A DNA stretch of 28,328 bases, taken from the NCBI GenBank assembly GCA_900554775.1, contig USIK01000001.1:1-28328 (forward strand), written 5' to 3'. A program made the translations under genes and the position numbers. Under the pieces are notes generated by a model that saw only the letters and a list, made by a program, of their open reading frames with translations, made no database searches and was not told the DNA's origin. The stretch comes from an uncultured Oscillospiraceae bacterium (GTDB lineage Bacteria > Bacillota > Clostridia > Oscillospirales > Acutalibacteraceae). Within the stretch, counting starts at the first letter, position 1, and the number at the start of each line of letters is the position of its first letter. This document shows, piece after piece, positions 28,199-28,328 of this stretch.

Positions 28199-28328
28199 TC
28201 ACTTTCTTAATTTTTCAGCATTTGTTGCGGTTTGTGCTTTAACTTTTTTGTCAAGCGCTATGATTTCGTTTATTGTGGTGGGTTTTTCAGCGTTTTTGAA
28301 TTCTTCAAGAGCTTCTTTTATGAGCTTT
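28199..28328 (-). CDS. dxr: Probable C-terminal end of 1-deoxy-D-xylulose 5-phosphate reductoisomerase (partial)
   Basis: Minus-strand frame KLIKEALEEFKNAEKPTTINEIIALDKKVKAQTATNAEKLRK* resembles the Dxr C-terminal helices. The call rests mainly on the conserved dxr-rseP-ispG order. Confidence 0.65.
   Translation of the reverse strand, partial: KLIKEALEEFKNAEKPTTINEIIALDKKVKAQTATNAEKLRK

Overview
This is the chromosomal replication-origin region of a low-GC Bacillota bacterium. PolC, SpoVT and the gene order point to Clostridia, probably Oscillospirales (inference). The left 12 kb holds yidC(partial)-yidD-rnpA-rpmH on the minus strand, divergent from dnaA-[oriC with DnaA boxes and DnaA-trios]-dnaN-recF-remB-(Zn-ribbon membrane protein)-gyrB-(YcxB-like)-gyrA. 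Next come tpiA, a gpmI interrupted by one in-frame TAA, spoVT, a ferredoxin and an M23 peptidase. The right end holds dxr(partial)-rseP-ispG-polC on the minus strand. Between them (about 16.1-21.7 kb) lies an accessory block of two convergent units, each with a near-consensus sigma-A promoter. The first encodes two paralogous signal-peptide proteins that share an F-box-like N-terminal module resembling Entamoeba BspA-like proteins; one of them carries 16 BspA-type leucine-rich repeats. The second is a tandem array of six Nif11-like double-glycine leader peptides with divergent hydrophobic/cationic cores, showing leader/core shuffling, a probable frameshift and a 15-Thr tail. No modification enzyme or transporter for them is in the window. 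This block is the best candidate for an undescribed system, possibly for host (protist) interaction or competition. All family assignments come from reading motifs by eye; no searches were run.
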